Source: Takakia lepidozioides
Lineage: Eukaryota > Plantae > Bryophyta
Assembly (NCBI GenBank): GCA_030704615.1
Contig: CM060731.1
Location: 4,030,001-4,094,000, forward strand
Direction: 5' to 3'
DNA: 64,000 nt
The notes below the pieces were generated by a model that searched no databases, was not told the DNA's origin, and was given only the letters and a program-made list of their open reading frames with translations. The translations under genes and the position numbers were made by a program. Positions 62,601 to 64,000 of this stretch are shown in pieces; position 1 is the stretch's first letter, and the number at the start of each line of letters is the position of its first letter.

Positions 62601-63862
62601 GATTTGTTGGTTTCAAGCTCCATTGCTGAGGTCTTGTCTTCTTCCCAGTTCCGTGTAGTGAACTGCTGGCTTACCTGTGTCTCAACTCCCTTATGATTAT
62701 GTTCCATAGATTCTTGATACTCAAAAAGGCTTGAATCCGTTTAGCTGCACAAAAGCGAGTTACTGTTCATGCCAACCGGCCATGTTTGTTTTGCAGGCCT
62801 TGGCTGGAAAAAGGGATATCTCCCAGTGCAGTCATACTGGGAGAAGTGCCCCTTTACAAGGAACTTATAATCTGTAATTCTATCTTTGAAGTCAATATCC
62901 ATCAGTATGGGTTAAAACCATTTGTTGGGGATTGTTTGAGGAGCAAACCTCAAGGATTATCCTGAACATCGACTGTTCAAAGGGATCTAGAAAGGCTGGT
63001 AACTTTGGACTTCTACTATTTTTTAGTAGCGAACTTTCCCCATTCACGAGATTTGCATTAAATACTGCTTTCTGTTGCAATTTGGGATTTTACAGGTTGG
63101 GACTCTGTCATCAGAAGATCGACTTGCACTCTATGACTCTGGACACCGCTTTGAACACATTCAACTTCTGCTAGTTCTTTTGCGTTCCCTTCCCTTTGCT
63201 CCCAAACAATTGCAGCTTGCCGTTCTCCAGGTGAGGGACAGCCAATTCCCCATGTTCCCCTGTTGTGGCAGGCTCTTTTCTATTTCATGTTGCCTAAACC
63301 AATGTGGTGTGAAGTTGTCTGTGTTTTTATTAGCACTAGATGTCCATGGTCATATTCGTGTGATGGCTTTACAGAATGGTACAGTTCTAGAAGAATGCAG
63401 CAATGCCTTGAGTTGGTGATGACGAATTAGTAGCTAACTCACTGCCCTTTAGAAGTAATTACTTTACCTTCTCTGTGCTTCTACTTTATAGTCAGCACGG
63501 GAGTGAACTGTCACTGTTGAGCTTGTTCAAGTCTGTGAATTACCTGCTCTTACTGTGGCAGTCTCTCCAAAGAAGTTCTTCTAGGATAGTTGGTAACTTC
63601 CTTTTGTTACATTATGCATATGGCTTCAGGGATGGTGTGGCTTCTTCATTAGATGATCAATCCACTTGCAGTCATATCTAGGGTGGTTCCTTGAATCAGG
63701 AGGCTGAGGAGGATGTAATGTCTTATGCTATGCAAAATTCATGGGCATTTCTTGCAGGATATACTTTTGTTGGCATGTACACATCCAGAAAACAGGACAG
63801 CACTGACCACAATGTCTGAGTGGCCAGAGTGGCTCCTTGAGATCCTTTTCTCAGAGTATGAG
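56641..63862 (+). CDS. BEACH-domain protein (plant BchC / BEACH C2-like), 5' part, running off the window
   Basis: Exons 56641-59593, 59824-60629, 61519-62289, 63096-63230 and 63758-63862 with GT-AG ends. Conserved [58 protein letters not shown] and [28 protein letters not shown]. The start codon is uncertain. Confidence 0.9.
60704..60997 (+). pseudogene. Degenerate NLR-type leucine-rich repeat fragment inside BEACH gene intron 2
   Basis: Frameshifted translation [65 protein letters not shown]....[22 protein letters not shown] fits LxxLxLxxCxxLxxLPxSxGxL. Confidence 0.75.
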
Positions 63863-64000
63863 GTGGGCTTTCTTCTTGTCCTTAAAAGCTTTGTAACAAG
63901 GTTGAATTTTTTCTATCCGTTCTTATATTCTATTCGTTCTTAGCAAGGGTGAAGATATCTGATGCATCTTGCATGTTTGGTGATTTTATCCCAGAATGAT

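Noticed and set aside
1-64000. tRNA, rRNA or other structured ncRNA genes
   Set aside because: None recognised by eye. tRNAscan-SE or Infernal would be needed to exclude them.

Overview
Eukaryotic land-plant nuclear DNA with GT-AG introns. A bryophyte-like host is inferred from gene style and the DYW-PPR editing factors. Host genes: two paralogous PLS-E-DYW PPR RNA-editing factors (1189-3099 and 53465-55684, +), an AWPM-19/PM19-like gene (-), NUP1/NUP136 nucleoporin (-), PRP3/RDM16 (-) and the 5' part of a BEACH-domain C-type gene (+). The main result is a decayed 16.6-kb Ty3/Gypsy-like retrotransposon (26244-42860, minus strand, ACTC target duplication). Its polyprotein reads gag - protease - DNMT3-like C5 cytosine methyltransferase - RT - RNase H - DDE integrase - PHD finger. 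It has no ordinary LTR pair. Its ends are split direct repeats (X1-internal-Y1-X2-Y2) with an abutted CA-ac-TG end junction and no visible PBS or PPT. Nested in its gag 5' region is a 5.9-kb Pack-type TIR element (34147-40028, 8-bp TSD CCTAAACC) carrying a scrambled DYW-PPR pseudogene and LINE endonuclease fragments. The window also holds several non-autonomous TIR/MITE elements, a possible P-element-like transposase relic and an intronic NLR-type LRR relic. All calls were made by eye from the sequence and ORF track, and no database searches were run.
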